Source: a virus (lineage: Duplodnaviria > Caudoviricetes). From it: a DNA stretch of 64,000 nucleotides. Where the stretch lies: IMG/VR virus record IMGVR_UViG_3300025889_000071; one strand, written 5' to 3'. The notes below the pieces were generated by a model, which was not told the origin of the DNA, did not search any database, and saw nothing but the letters and a program-made list of their open reading frames with translations. How positions within the stretch are numbered: position 1 is the first letter of the stretch; each line of letters starts with the position of its first letter. The translations under genes were made by a program, and so were the position numbers. Shown here in pieces: positions 53,195-63,351 of this stretch.

Positions 53195-56100
53195 ATGGAA
53201 AATGGTCAAGAGATGCAAGCTATCAGGGACTTTCTAACAGATGAGCAGTGGCACATTGTGATTGATGCTATCGAACAAGAAGCATTTTTATTGGATGAAA
53301 GTGAGGAGTATTTTGATAAGTGTGAGGACATTATAAACAGAATCCATTCATTGCTTCACATTACTGGGCCCTCTAAAGTGTCCTAGTTGTATGAAGACCA
53401 CTATGAAAGAAAACAAGATGACAACACTTTTCCGTCAAGGAATCAAATTTGAAGAGTATTGGGGCACTGAAGTTCGTGCTCATCATATGAACACTCGTTC
53501 TGTTTATCGTCTGCTGGAAGATGATGACATTGCGATCACACATTCCGCACCATATGTTGATGGTGAAAGTGTTGATCAATTTGCTGTAACTTTCACCGAA
53601 GTTACTGCATATCATGAGAATGGAAATGTGTTATCATCAACCACAAAAACACTTGGAGTTTATGATAACTGGTTGGATGCTTATTACCGAGCATTCTCTA
53701 TTCTAAACAAGAAAACATTAGCACAACTTGTGTGATCATGAGAATTGACATTGTAGGTCGAATTATCGGAAGCTTTCTGGTTGTTTCTGCTTATTTTGTT
53801 GTTTTACATGTAAATGTAACATTTGGAGTTCTGATGCACTTCATTGCCGATGCAATTTCCATTCCATTCTTTATACGAACAAAGTCATGGGATGTTGTAA
53901 TTATGTTGGCATTTCTTTTAATCATTTCAACTAGCAAACTGTTCAATTTGGGAGGAATCGTATCATGAAATGGGATGTGAAACTGTATGTTGCCGGAAAG
54001 GTATTTACCGAAGAAGTTTATGCCCGAGATGCACAAGATGCAAGGGAGACAGCATTAGCACGAAATCCCACTGCTAAAGTTATTGGAGTGAATGGGAGTT
54101 TCAAATAGTGGGCCCCTTAAAGTGTCTCATTAGTGTAAGCACAGTTCAGAAAAATGCAAGAATCAAAGTTCCTTCTTCACGGTCAACATCATCGTTCTAA
54201 TGGTTGGGTGATGAATGATTGTTTAGGTTACATCAAAGAAACAAAAGAGGATGCGATTGCTACATGTAATCGACTCAATCCTAACTTTGTGATTCACTCT
54301 ATCACTGTTGAAGAATGACCAAAGCAACACACAAACGATTCACACACATCTTTTGATTATGAACGAAACTGAACTCGAAGCTCTTGAAGTGATGGAAACC
54401 ATTGAGGATTCCGTTGAATATATTTGTAATGAGTATATGTTAAGTGGAGAGAAAGTTTGGACTATGATTGCAGCACTTGCTGATGCAAAGATTGCACAAT
54501 TTCCTGATTGATAATGAGTGGGCCCTTGAAAGTGTTTCAGTAGTGTAAGTCGTTCGTTATTTCAGTCATGCAACTCACTTCCAAAGATGGTAACATGGTT
54601 GTTGATTTCTATCCCGTCAAATTTGCAGACGGTGGGATTCACAATCGTTTGATGCTCAAAGTTGTGACTTTTATTGGTGCAACTCAATCCAAATCTTACA
54701 TCAACAAGAAAGATTTTCAGCATGAGGTTGATTCTCGTGTGAAGGGTTATGGTTATCAAGTCACTGATGATTCGATGATTCCACAACTCTTTAACTCTGC
54801 AATGTGTCTTGCTTGCTGATGTCAATTATTCAATCTTATCTTCACAATAAAATGATGGATCGTCTTGAAATGCTTTCTCAACGTGAACAATTGATGGAGG
54901 ACATTGATTGTATTGTATCGGCACAATATGGTCAAGGAAATGAAGAACTTGCTGATGAAATGATTAAGTTGTTATGTGATGCTGTTTGCAAAAACTTTCC
55001 TGCTAACTGATGTCATTTGTTTCCACCTTTGATCATACTAATTCCATGACTGACAACATCATCAACCGTGACGAATTGCAGGACAATCTTATTCATCAGA
55101 TTCTGGATGATATGGATTTGAAGACGATGTATGCTTGCTTATATGATTACATGTCTGAAAGCTATGACAAGTATTCAGTTGATGAAATTGTCGAAGAAGT
55201 CGAAGAGTATTACCCACAATTGTTGGAGGATGCAGATAACTCTTAAAACATGTCAATTTACAAAGATTACTGGACTAAACCAAAACCAACGAAAGAACCC
55301 AAATCAAAAGAATCCAAATGAAAACATCATTTTGTAATGGCAATTCATGGTCTAAATTTGATGCTTACTATCATGATGATAGTGAACAATGGACTTATGA
55401 ATTGATTGATGGACATCACCGCACAAGTTTAATTTACGAGGATAATGATGATGAAATTCTACAAGATTACTGATATTGAGTTTGATTTTGATTATGAAGA
55501 CATTACATTGGAGGAACAGAATGAAGTGATCGAAGGTGCCAAAGCTTGTCTATGGGATGCAACAAATGAGGATGATCTTTGTGATGTCATTAGTGACAAC
55601 ACCGGATGGTTTGTGAAGTCATTCTCTTATGATGTTATTCGATAACAAACACTGGGCCCCTTAAAGTGTTTCAGTAGTGTAGAAACGAAACAACTCTCTC
55701 AAATGTCTCAACAACTCAATGCTTCTATCTATCGTCAACTCTTCACTGATTGTGAGTGGGATGCTATCTCTTCTGCAATGAAAGATTATGCTGATTATGG
55801 TGACGAAGAAGCAAACATTGCTGATTCGATTGATGCAAAGATCACTCAAATTTTCAAACTTACTGCCTGATTATGTTACATCAACTCCCTAACGGTAAAA
55901 TCATCATGCACGATGGATTAATCCGTGAACTTGCTATTCAACGAATGGAAACTTATGATCGTTGGATACAAGACAATCGTGAACAATTAAAGATCGAATC
56001 TCAACAACTTTTCGATGATATGTTCGGAGGTTAATTCTTTCAATGACTCCGAAATCTTCCGAGGTTTTCCGAGTCGAGTCACGCCCCTAATTTTATCAAA

Positions 56101-56708
56101 AAACTATGATTCTTCTGACATCTGATTCTCACGGTTGTGTGTATACTATTGACAGTGAAGGTTGTTTATACTATATGCCCAAACATCTTGATGGATCAAT
56201 TAACTTTGAAGAACTTGCAGAAGTTGAATCTGTTGATGAATTAGATGATGAAGATACTTCTCAAATTCATTCTCAATTGATTACAATGTCCAAATCAATT
56301 GGTCATTACTTCTGTTAGTGGGCCCCTGAAAGTGTTTCAATAGTATAGGATACCATTTCTCTCATGCGTAAGATCGAACAACAAATGAACAATGCCATTT
56401 CTAACAACAAGTCCTGGCAATCTGCAAACACCAGTGTTGTTTGTGATGACAATGGTGTCTCTCATGTGTATCTTCATGGCAACAAGATTGCAGAGGTTGG
56501 TGATGACTTTGTTCAGATCTTTGATGGTGGTTGTCAATCCAATACCACCAAATCCCGTCTGAATGCTATTCTCAAAGAACATGCAATTGATGGTGAGTGT
56601 GTGTATCAAAAGAACTTCAAATGGTATGTTGATAAGTTCATTGGATGTGCCGGAACTTTCAAGGTTTATAACACTTTCGAGTTCACTGATGGTTTCATGT
56701 TTGCCTGA
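53195..56708 (+). CDS. Cluster of small, mostly acidic early-type ORFs (53195-53386, 53391-53735, 53732-53968, 53965-54108, 54568-54819, 55010-55246, 55445-55645, 56106-56318, 56364-56708 and others)
   Basis: Dense co-oriented ORFs punctuated by the TGGGCCC repeat. Confidence 0.65.
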
Positions 56709-56713
56709 TTGAT

Positions 56714-57517
56714 TTAACTCTCTTCTCTATACCATCTGCAACCCTTCCAACTATATCTGGAAGGGTTTTTTAATGCCTTCGTTACACCTGTAGCTTTGCC
56801 GCTACCTAACACTCTACCCGCTTCTCTTATACTATCAAAGTGATATATGATTTTCCCGTCTAATATACGCTTGCCATAGATTTTATGGGAGTAAGGTCTA
56901 TTATCTAATTTCTCCCACTTATATCCATATGCCACAATCTTCTGTTTGATTGCTCTACTGATGTTGCCAGAACCTCCTTTGATTCCTATACTCTTCCGCG
57001 CTTCAGTTATGCTATCAAATTCAAGAACTTCTCCCGTCTCGACATTAGTTGCTCTGACTTTTCTCCTAGCATGTTTACCATCACCGCTCTTATCTCCGAA
57101 TGGATTAACCCCTTGATATTTGTCTTTTAGAGTATTACGTATTGAAGCAATATGTTCAGGAGACTTTTCTTTCCCTTGCATAGTTGTTGATATTCTATCC
57201 CGAACTTCTTCGCTTATCTCTTTTGCTTGTTCTCCGCCTGTTGTTAGATTGTATCCGTTGTTAAATGTATCAAACTGTTCTATCCAATATCTCTCCCTAT
57301 CCGAGAGTTGCGCCGCTGGGATATTAGTTTCTATTTCACGGACAGTAAACATAGAGACGCCATATTTCTTGATTGCTCTATACAATGGTCTGTGTGATTT
57401 ACTCTTCGATTCTGTTATATGATGCCGCCATCTTTCGCCCACGGTCTTGATAGTCTGACCGATATATCTCTTGCCATTTACCTTACAAATGATTGAGTAG
57501 ATTGTCCCAGTTGTCAT
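56714..57517 (-). mobile_element. Free-standing GIY-YIG (Seg-like) homing endonuclease with NUMOD DNA-binding repeats
   Basis: IYSIICKVNGKRYIGQT...RW..H...ERYWI....TFNNGYN; KSPEHIASI (NUMOD3); FDSITEA and FDSIREAGR (NUMOD1). Confidence 0.88.
56741..56771 (+). terminator. Rho-independent terminator ending the early cluster
   Basis: ACCCTTCCA-loop-TGGAAGGGT followed by T run. Confidence 0.75.
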
Positions 57518-57794
57518 AAGATAGCGTGTGATAGAAGGCTTTACTATGTATGATAAAATGCCCCGCTAAATGGTGTCTATATAAAGGTTTAGCGAATTTA
57601 TTGTTAGTAACTCCGAATGCACTGTGTAGTTACTTTGGGGCGTATTTACAGTGTTTTTAATGTGTCTAGGAGTAGTGATTTTAGACTGCCCCAGCTTATC
57701 ACACCACCGAGAAATTGTCAACCCCCCGATGTCAGAATTTCCAGAAATAAGACTTACAAAAATCACACTGATTCTGATAAATACCTGCAATGAC

Positions 57795-57823
57795 TTGACA
57801 GAAATGCTCTGTTAGATTATACT
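57795..57823 (+). promoter_or_regulatory. Sigma70-like promoter
   Basis: TTGACA-N17-TATACT, upstream of the small ORF starting at 57853. Confidence 0.8.
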
Positions 57824-58104
57824 ATAAAAGTCACTCAAATCCCCCCAAAGATATGTCAGTTGCTTATCGCCAGGCACAGAAACAGCGTTATCGCATTACT
57901 CTTGAGCTTGATGTAATGCATGACTTCGACCCGCACCAGCTTGATTGGGAGAAACTCTTTGAGCTGGAACCGGCAGAGAAGGTGACAGCTTATGTGGAGG
58001 ACTTGAGCACACCGGACTTTTGGTGAGTTATAAACAGTGGGCCCTGTAAAGTGTTCTAGTAGTATAAGGGACGCAATCGGACGGACCCACTGACACCTCA
58101 CCGA

Positions 58105-58431
58105 TTGAATCTCAAGATCAGATCTGATCATCAGTCAACGTTAATCATCAGTCTTATGACATCAACTTTGCAGTCTAATCTCACCGATACCACTTACAAC
58201 GGGTGGGCGAATTATGAGACCTGGAACGTATCACTCTGGATCGGTAATGATGAGTTTCTTTATAACACTGCCAAGGCATGTGTAAAGTACGTGAGTGATA
58301 ACGAAACACCCTACGATAGGTTCGTTCGTTGTATGCACAATAACGAAGATTTCGTCACTGGTGATAACGTGCGTTGGGATGATGATAACATCGACCGTGA
58401 TGAAATTATGGAGATGATGGAAGAACTCTGA
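58105..58431 (+). CDS. Conserved phage hypothetical protein
   Basis: YNGWANYETWNVSLWIGNDE motif; true start is probably the internal Met. Confidence 0.7.
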   Translation: MNLKIRSDHQSTLIISLMTSTLQSNLTDTTYNGWANYETWNVSLWIGNDEFLYNTAKACVKYVSDNETPYDRFVRCMHNNEDFVTGDNVRWDDDNIDRDEIMEMMEEL

Positions 58432-58513
58432 TCCGTCAGCTACCAGTCTAACAAATTGACCTGGAGATGTCAATAAACTCTCTGTCAGTTCTTTACACTT
58501 TTCTCTCGTTATT

Positions 58514-58669
58514 ATGTCTCGCGAAGTTGCACTCGGTCTTCTCCGTCAAGGTAACACTGGCAGTGAAATTCTGTCGATTCTGGATGTGATCGTCTCTGAT
58601 ATTGAAGATGCTAATATTCAGGATTGTGCAGAGCATTATGCTGCTATCAGTGCTGATTTTGCGTTCTGA
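58514..58669 (+). CDS. Small hypothetical protein (not in ORF track)
   Basis: MSREVALGLLRQGNTGSEILSILDV..., 51 aa. Confidence 0.55.
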   Translation: MSREVALGLLRQGNTGSEILSILDVIVSDIEDANIQDCAEHYAAISADFAF

Positions 58670-58691
58670 TTGATAGTTACCGTGCGGGGAG

Positions 58692-58720
58692 TTGACATCA
58701 GTCTCTTCCCGTATTATAAT
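58692..58720 (+). promoter_or_regulatory. Perfect-consensus sigma70 promoter with no downstream ORF
   Basis: TTGACA-N17-TATAAT. Confidence 0.85.
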
Positions 58721-58726
58721 GAGTTT

Positions 58727-58891
58727 ATATCAGTGAATGAGCAGTGTTTTGCGCGGTTCGTTGATATCGCCCGGCGGGCGTTGTCCCCGTATATAAAAAT
58801 CCATCACTACCCTAACCTACAGAGGTGACAAAATGCGAGCTAAATATAAAAACTGAAAAAAAATTTTGAGGGGCTGAGAAGTCCCTTTTTT
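58727..58891 (+). ncRNA. Candidate ~165-nt non-coding transcript (sRNA or origin primer)
   Basis: Bounded by the consensus promoter and terminator AGGGGCT-GAGA-AGTCCCT-TTTTT; GC-rich core; no ORF. Confidence 0.45.
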
Positions 58892-58936
58892 AGTTTTTTA
58901 TAAAATTTGATATATAATTTTAAGATGTAAAACAAA

Positions 58937-59182
58937 TTGAGTAAAAAAATTTCCGAAAAAATTTTTGAGGACCCTATGGAAAAAATATATCACATATATG
59001 CAAAGAATAAATGTATATTTCATTCATTAAAGGAAGAGGAGTTTCGAAGGACTTGGAATCAATTGAATAGTATGGTAGGATTAATGAAGACAGATTATAC
59101 AACGGAAGATTTAAGTTATGAGGAGGCTGTATTTTTAAGTGAACATGGTGGAGGAGGATCTTTCGAATCACCTTCGTATTGA
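58937..59182 (+). CDS. Conserved cyanophage hypothetical protein
   Basis: YHIYAKNKCIFHSLKEEEF...LNSMVGLMKTDY. Confidence 0.65.
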   Translation: MSKKISEKIFEDPMEKIYHIYAKNKCIFHSLKEEEFRRTWNQLNSMVGLMKTDYTTEDLSYEEAVFLSEHGGGGSFESPSY

Positions 59183-59246
59183 CGCCCTTGGGTATTGACT
59201 GAACATATATAATCTGTTAGAATTGAACTGAAAGTTTATTTCCATT

Positions 59247-60017
59247 ATGGCAAAAGGATTTACTGTAAAAACTGTAGCACCAAAGAAGGAATCAAAACCT
59301 GATTTTGACATTCCTGCGATTAAGGAACGTATGAAAGGGAAGACGATTGTATTTTGTCTTCCAGGAAGGGGATGTTCATATATCTTTCTGAAGAACTTTG
59401 TACAACTATGTTTTGATATGGTACAGAATGGTATGGCCATTCAGATCAGTCAAGATTATAGTTCAATGGTTAACTTTGCACGTTGCAAGGTATTGGGAGC
59501 AAATGTACTTCGTGGACCAAAGCAAATTCCTTGGGATGGTAAGTTGGAGTATGACTATCAGTTATGGATTGATAGTGATATTGTATTTGACACTAACAAG
59601 TTCTGGCAGTTGTGTGATCTTGCATTATCTGAAGATGGCACAGAACGAGAGATTACTGCTGGGTGGTATGCCACAGAGGATGGTCAAACTACATCTGTCG
59701 CACACTGGTTAGAAGAGGATGATTTCCGTAAGAATGGTGGAGTGATGAATCACGAAACTGTCGAATCAATGTCCAAGCGTAAGAAGCCATTCACGGTGGA
59801 CTACACAGGATTTGGATGGGTATTGATTAAGAAGGGAGTTTTTGAGAATCTTGAGTATCCATGGTTTGCACCGAAGATGCAAGTCTTTGAATCTGGAAAT
59901 GTACAAGACATGTGTGGTGAGGATGTCTCATTCTGTCTTGATGCAAAGGATGAAGGATTTGAGATTTGGTGTGATCCTCGAATTCGTGTTGGACATGAAA
60001 AAACTCGTATTATTTGA
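59247..60017 (+). CDS. GT-A fold glycosyltransferase-like protein
   Basis: VNFARC, QLWIDSDIVF (DxD), TGFGWVLI, GEDVSFC, VGHEK; promoter TTGACT-N17-TAGAAT at 59195. Confidence 0.8.
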   Translation: MAKGFTVKTVAPKKESKPDFDIPAIKERMKGKTIVFCLPGRGCSYIFLKNFVQLCFDMVQNGMAIQISQDYSSMVNFARCKVLGANVLRGPKQIPWDGKLEYDYQLWIDSDIVFDTNKFWQLCDLALSEDGTEREITAGWYATEDGQTTSVAHWLEEDDFRKNGGVMNHETVESMSKRKKPFTVDYTGFGWVLIKKGVFENLEYPWFAPKMQVFESGNVQDMCGEDVSFCLDAKDEGFEIWCDPRIRVGHEKTRII

Positions 60018-60041
60018 TTTTTATTTACAGGAGAAAGTATT

Positions 60042-60176
60042 ATGGCAATGATGAAAGGTGGTTCTTATGTTGAAGGTAAGCCTAAAAAAACTCGTCAAGG
60101 CTCGTCTCAATATACTAAACTCGCAGCGTCTTCTCGTAATGGTAAAAAGAAGAGGTATAGGGGTCAAGGAAAATGA
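60042..60176 (+). CDS. Small basic protein (not in ORF track)
   Basis: MAMMKGGSYVEGKPKKTRQG...RNGKKKRYRGQGK*; AGGAG SD; overlaps the next ATG. Confidence 0.7.
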   Translation: MAMMKGGSYVEGKPKKTRQGSSQYTKLAASSRNGKKKRYRGQGK

Positions 60177-60937
60177 GTGAGTTAATTGTAAATCTACCTG
60201 CACAAAAAGTATGGGTTCGTAAGGAATACTTACGTGATTTACAAGATGGACATGGTGAATTTGTAGAAGGCGTTTGGGTATCGGCAAAGTCCATACCTGG
60301 ACGCACTTTTTATTTTGAGACTTATTTACCAGAGTATGCGGCAATGTTTGATAAATTGCCTATCAGTGCCTTCTGTAGTCGCCCTGAGCTGCCTTCTCCT
60401 GACCTTGACTTACCCAACCTTCAGTTTTGGAATTGTATGGATTATGGAGTCACTAATATTCATAAGCAATTTACTGGTTCAATGCGTTGGGAAATTAGAA
60501 CAAGGAATTTTGGATCACTTAATGGGTCATATATTTGCACTTTAGACAATTATCATCATAGTGCGAATGAGATTGACTACAGTACAAGTGAGATTCCACA
60601 GGAACATAAGTCATTTAACCTCATTGAACTTGAAAATGGGCAATATGCACTATATCCAAACAACCGTTGTCGCATTTATGACATCTCATTAACACCATCA
60701 GAAGCTAAAATACCTGATTTTAAGGTATCTACGGAGTATTATGAGGTCGAAAATGATATTGACTGGGGTCGATTAGGTGATACTGATGAATATTTTTGGG
60801 AAACACCCGAAGAAAAGTTAAAAAAAGAAGTAGAAATGCTTGAAAATGGTCCAATTTCTTGTGGCCCGGGTCATTTTACTCAAGGATATGGATTTTTTGG
60901 AAAAACAAATCAAAATAATTCAGAATCTCAAAAATAA
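60173..60937 (+). CDS. Conserved hypothetical protein
   Basis: LIVNLP...WVRKEYL...QFWNCMDY...Y..TLD...EHKSFN.I.L.NGQYALYPNNR. Confidence 0.75.
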   Translation: MSELIVNLPAQKVWVRKEYLRDLQDGHGEFVEGVWVSAKSIPGRTFYFETYLPEYAAMFDKLPISAFCSRPELPSPDLDLPNLQFWNCMDYGVTNIHKQFTGSMRWEIRTRNFGSLNGSYICTLDNYHHSANEIDYSTSEIPQEHKSFNLIELENGQYALYPNNRCRIYDISLTPSEAKIPDFKVSTEYYEVENDIDWGRLGDTDEYFWETPEEKLKKEVEMLENGPISCGPGHFTQGYGFFGKTNQNNSESQK

Positions 60938-60990
60938 CTCAATAAATCCTTAATAAATAAGGTAAGATTTGCTGTAAAAACAACAAAAAA

Positions 60991-61401
60991 ATGCCATTAG
61001 AACGGGTCAGTCGGGGATTTAAGGATGTGAGTTTGGCTTTTTCGCCAAATCCAGTCACTAATGACTTGATTGTACTCAATAATGAAAGAGCAATTGCAAG
61101 ATCTATTCGTAATCTAATATTTACACAAACTGGGGAAAAATTTTTCAATCCAGATCTTGGCACTCATACATTAAATCCAAATTTTCCACTATTTGAAATC
61201 ATTGATAATATCAATGCGACCGAATTTAGGGAAAATCTTCTCAATTTGATACAAAATTATGAACCAAGGGTTTCTGTTATAAATGTATTAGTAGAACCTG
61301 ATTGGGATAATAATGGATATAATATTACAATTTCATACAGAATCATAGGAGCAGATATTGTTCCGCAGCAATTAGAATTTGCAATTTTACCAACAAGATA
61401 A
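60991..61401 (+). CDS. 25: Baseplate wedge subunit gp25
   Basis: FKDVSLAF..NPVTNDL, IARSIRNLIFT..GEKFFNPDLG, NYEPRV. Confidence 0.92.
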   Translation: MPLERVSRGFKDVSLAFSPNPVTNDLIVLNNERAIARSIRNLIFTQTGEKFFNPDLGTHTLNPNFPLFEIIDNINATEFRENLLNLIQNYEPRVSVINVLVEPDWDNNGYNITISYRIIGADIVPQQLEFAILPTR

Positions 61402-61410
61402 GTGCTTTAA

Positions 61411-63339
61411 ATGGCCCTCCAAAATTTTACTGGTCTAGATTTTGACCAAATAAAAACAACACTTATAGATTACATAAGATCAAATTCCAATTTTACGGAT
61501 TATGATTTTGAGGGATCTAATCTATCGACAATTATTGATCTGTTAGCATATAACACCTATATTACTTCATATAATGCCAATATGGTATCAAATGAGGTAT
61601 TTTTGGATAGTGCGACATTGAGAGAAAATGTTGTTTCACTTGCTAGAAATATTGGATATGTCCCAAGATCAAAGAAAGCTTCTAAAACAAATATAAATTT
61701 TTCAGTTGATACTACGTTAATATCACCAAAACCAACATCTTTGTTACTGAATAAAGGTGTGGTTGCAGTATCACAGAATCAATTTGCAAATCAATCATTT
61801 ACTTTTATAATTCCTGAAGATGTAACGGTTCCAGTAATAGATAACACTGCAAGATTTGATAATATTGAAATTTTTGAAGGCACATTACTTAAGCAATCTT
61901 TTACAGTAAATTATAGAAATCTCAAACAAAGATTTATATTACCAAATACGGGAATTGATATTGACACCTTGAGAGTAAAGGTAAGATCTAGTGAATCATC
62001 TAGTGTTGCGACAACTTATTATAAAAAGGATAATCTTTTTGATAATAATTTGAATAGCGTTTTAAATGAAGAATCGACCATATTTTTCCTTCAAGAAGTA
62101 GAAGGTGAGCAATATGAATTAATATTTGGCGATGGTGTATTTGGTAAAAAACTTGAAGATGGAAGTATTATAGATGTTACATATGCAGTAACATCTGGAG
62201 AATCTGCAAATGGTGTTAGTAATCTTGATTTTAGTGGAAAGTTATCTTATGTAAGAAATTCTATAGATTATACAGTTGTAAGTGGAATTAGTTTTTTAAC
62301 TTTAGATAATGTTACTACTGGTGGGGAATCTATCGAAAGTGTAGATTCTATTAGAAAATATGCTCCTCAAATATATTCAACTCAAAATAGAGCTTTAACT
62401 GCATCAGACTATGAAACTTTAATACCAAGAAAAATTTATACTGAAGCAGAATCAGTATCAGTATTTGGTGGTGAAGATCTTGTTCCACCACAATATGGAA
62501 AAGTTTTTATCAGTATAAAACCAAGAACTGGAGATTTTGTTCCCAATTCAATTAAACAAAATATCAAAAATCAACTTAGAAGTTATGCAGTAGCAGGAAT
62601 TGTCCCTGAAATTTTAGATTTAAAATATCTTTTCCTTGAAACAGATAGTAAAATTTATTATAATCCAAATTTAGTTGAAAGTTCTAGTTTTTTATCATCA
62701 TTAATCCAGTCAAATATCAATAAGTACGGAGAATCTGCAGAGTTAAATAGATATGGTGCAAGATTCAAATATAGTAAATTTTTAGGTATTATTGATCAAA
62801 GCCATGAAGCAGTTTCATCTAATATTACAAGTGTTAAGATGAGAAGAGACTTAGGTCTTGCTATTAATTCATTTGCCGAATATACAATTGACTTTGGAAA
62901 TGAATTTCACATTCAATCTATGAATGGTTTCAATATTAAGTCAAGTGCTTTTAGAGTTTTAAATATTTCTGATGATGTTTATCTTTATGATGTTCCATCT
63001 ACAAATAGAACAACTGGAACAATTTCTTTATATTCTGGCAAATTCACTGATCCGGTTATAAGAAGAAGAAATGTTGGTACAATTGACTATATGAAAGGCA
63101 GAATTACTCTTAGACCTATTAACATAGTTTCTGGAAAGAGTAAAAATGATCAACAAATTATGGAAATTACTGCTTGCCCACACTCCAATGATGTTATAGG
63201 ACTACAGGACTTGTTTATTCAACTAGATAGAGTTGATGTTGAAATGATTGCCGATCCAATTTCTTCTGGAAATGATCTTTCTGGTTCAACATTTACTTCA
63301 TCATCTAGTTATGTAAACGTAAACAATAATCCATATTAA
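61411..63339 (+). CDS. 6: Baseplate wedge subunit gp6
   Basis: LDFDQIK, FTDYDFEGSNLS, LAYNTY, DSATLRENVVSLARNIGY.PRS, QNRALTASDY, YGKVFISIKP. Confidence 0.95.
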   Translation: MALQNFTGLDFDQIKTTLIDYIRSNSNFTDYDFEGSNLSTIIDLLAYNTYITSYNANMVSNEVFLDSATLRENVVSLARNIGYVPRSKKASKTNINFSVDTTLISPKPTSLLLNKGVVAVSQNQFANQSFTFIIPEDVTVPVIDNTARFDNIEIFEGTLLKQSFTVNYRNLKQRFILPNTGIDIDTLRVKVRSSESSSVATTYYKKDNLFDNNLNSVLNEESTIFFLQEVEGEQYELIFGDGVFGKKLEDGSIIDVTYAVTSGESANGVSNLDFSGKLSYVRNSIDYTVVSGISFLTLDNVTTGGESIESVDSIRKYAPQIYSTQNRALTASDYETLIPRKIYTEAESVSVFGGEDLVPPQYGKVFISIKPRTGDFVPNSIKQNIKNQLRSYAVAGIVPEILDLKYLFLETDSKIYYNPNLVESSSFLSSLIQSNINKYGESAELNRYGARFKYSKFLGIIDQSHEAVSSNITSVKMRRDLGLAINSFAEYTIDFGNEFHIQSMNGFNIKSSAFRVLNISDDVYLYDVPSTNRTTGTISLYSGKFTDPVIRRRNVGTIDYMKGRITLRPINIVSGKSKNDQQIMEITACPHSNDVIGLQDLFIQLDRVDVEMIADPISSGNDLSGSTFTSSSSYVNVNNNPY

Positions 63340-63351
63340 TAGAAAAAAACA

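Larger units (their letters stand above)
42212..58054 (+). repeat. Dispersed array of 14 co-oriented TGGGCCC-N3-AAAGTGT elements
   Basis: Copies start at 42212, 43646, 45106, 46468, 47921, 49456, 50370, 51725, 53365, 54109, 54519, 55653, 56319, 58038; 14 of 17 positions invariant. Confidence 0.95.

Noticed and set aside
42212-58054. CRISPR array interpretation of the TGGGCCC repeats (with the Cas4-like exonuclease at 1138)
   Set aside because: Intervals are 0.4-1.7 kb of intact genes, not 30-40 nt spacers. The exonuclease is the standard cyanophage gene next to phoH, and there are no cas genes.
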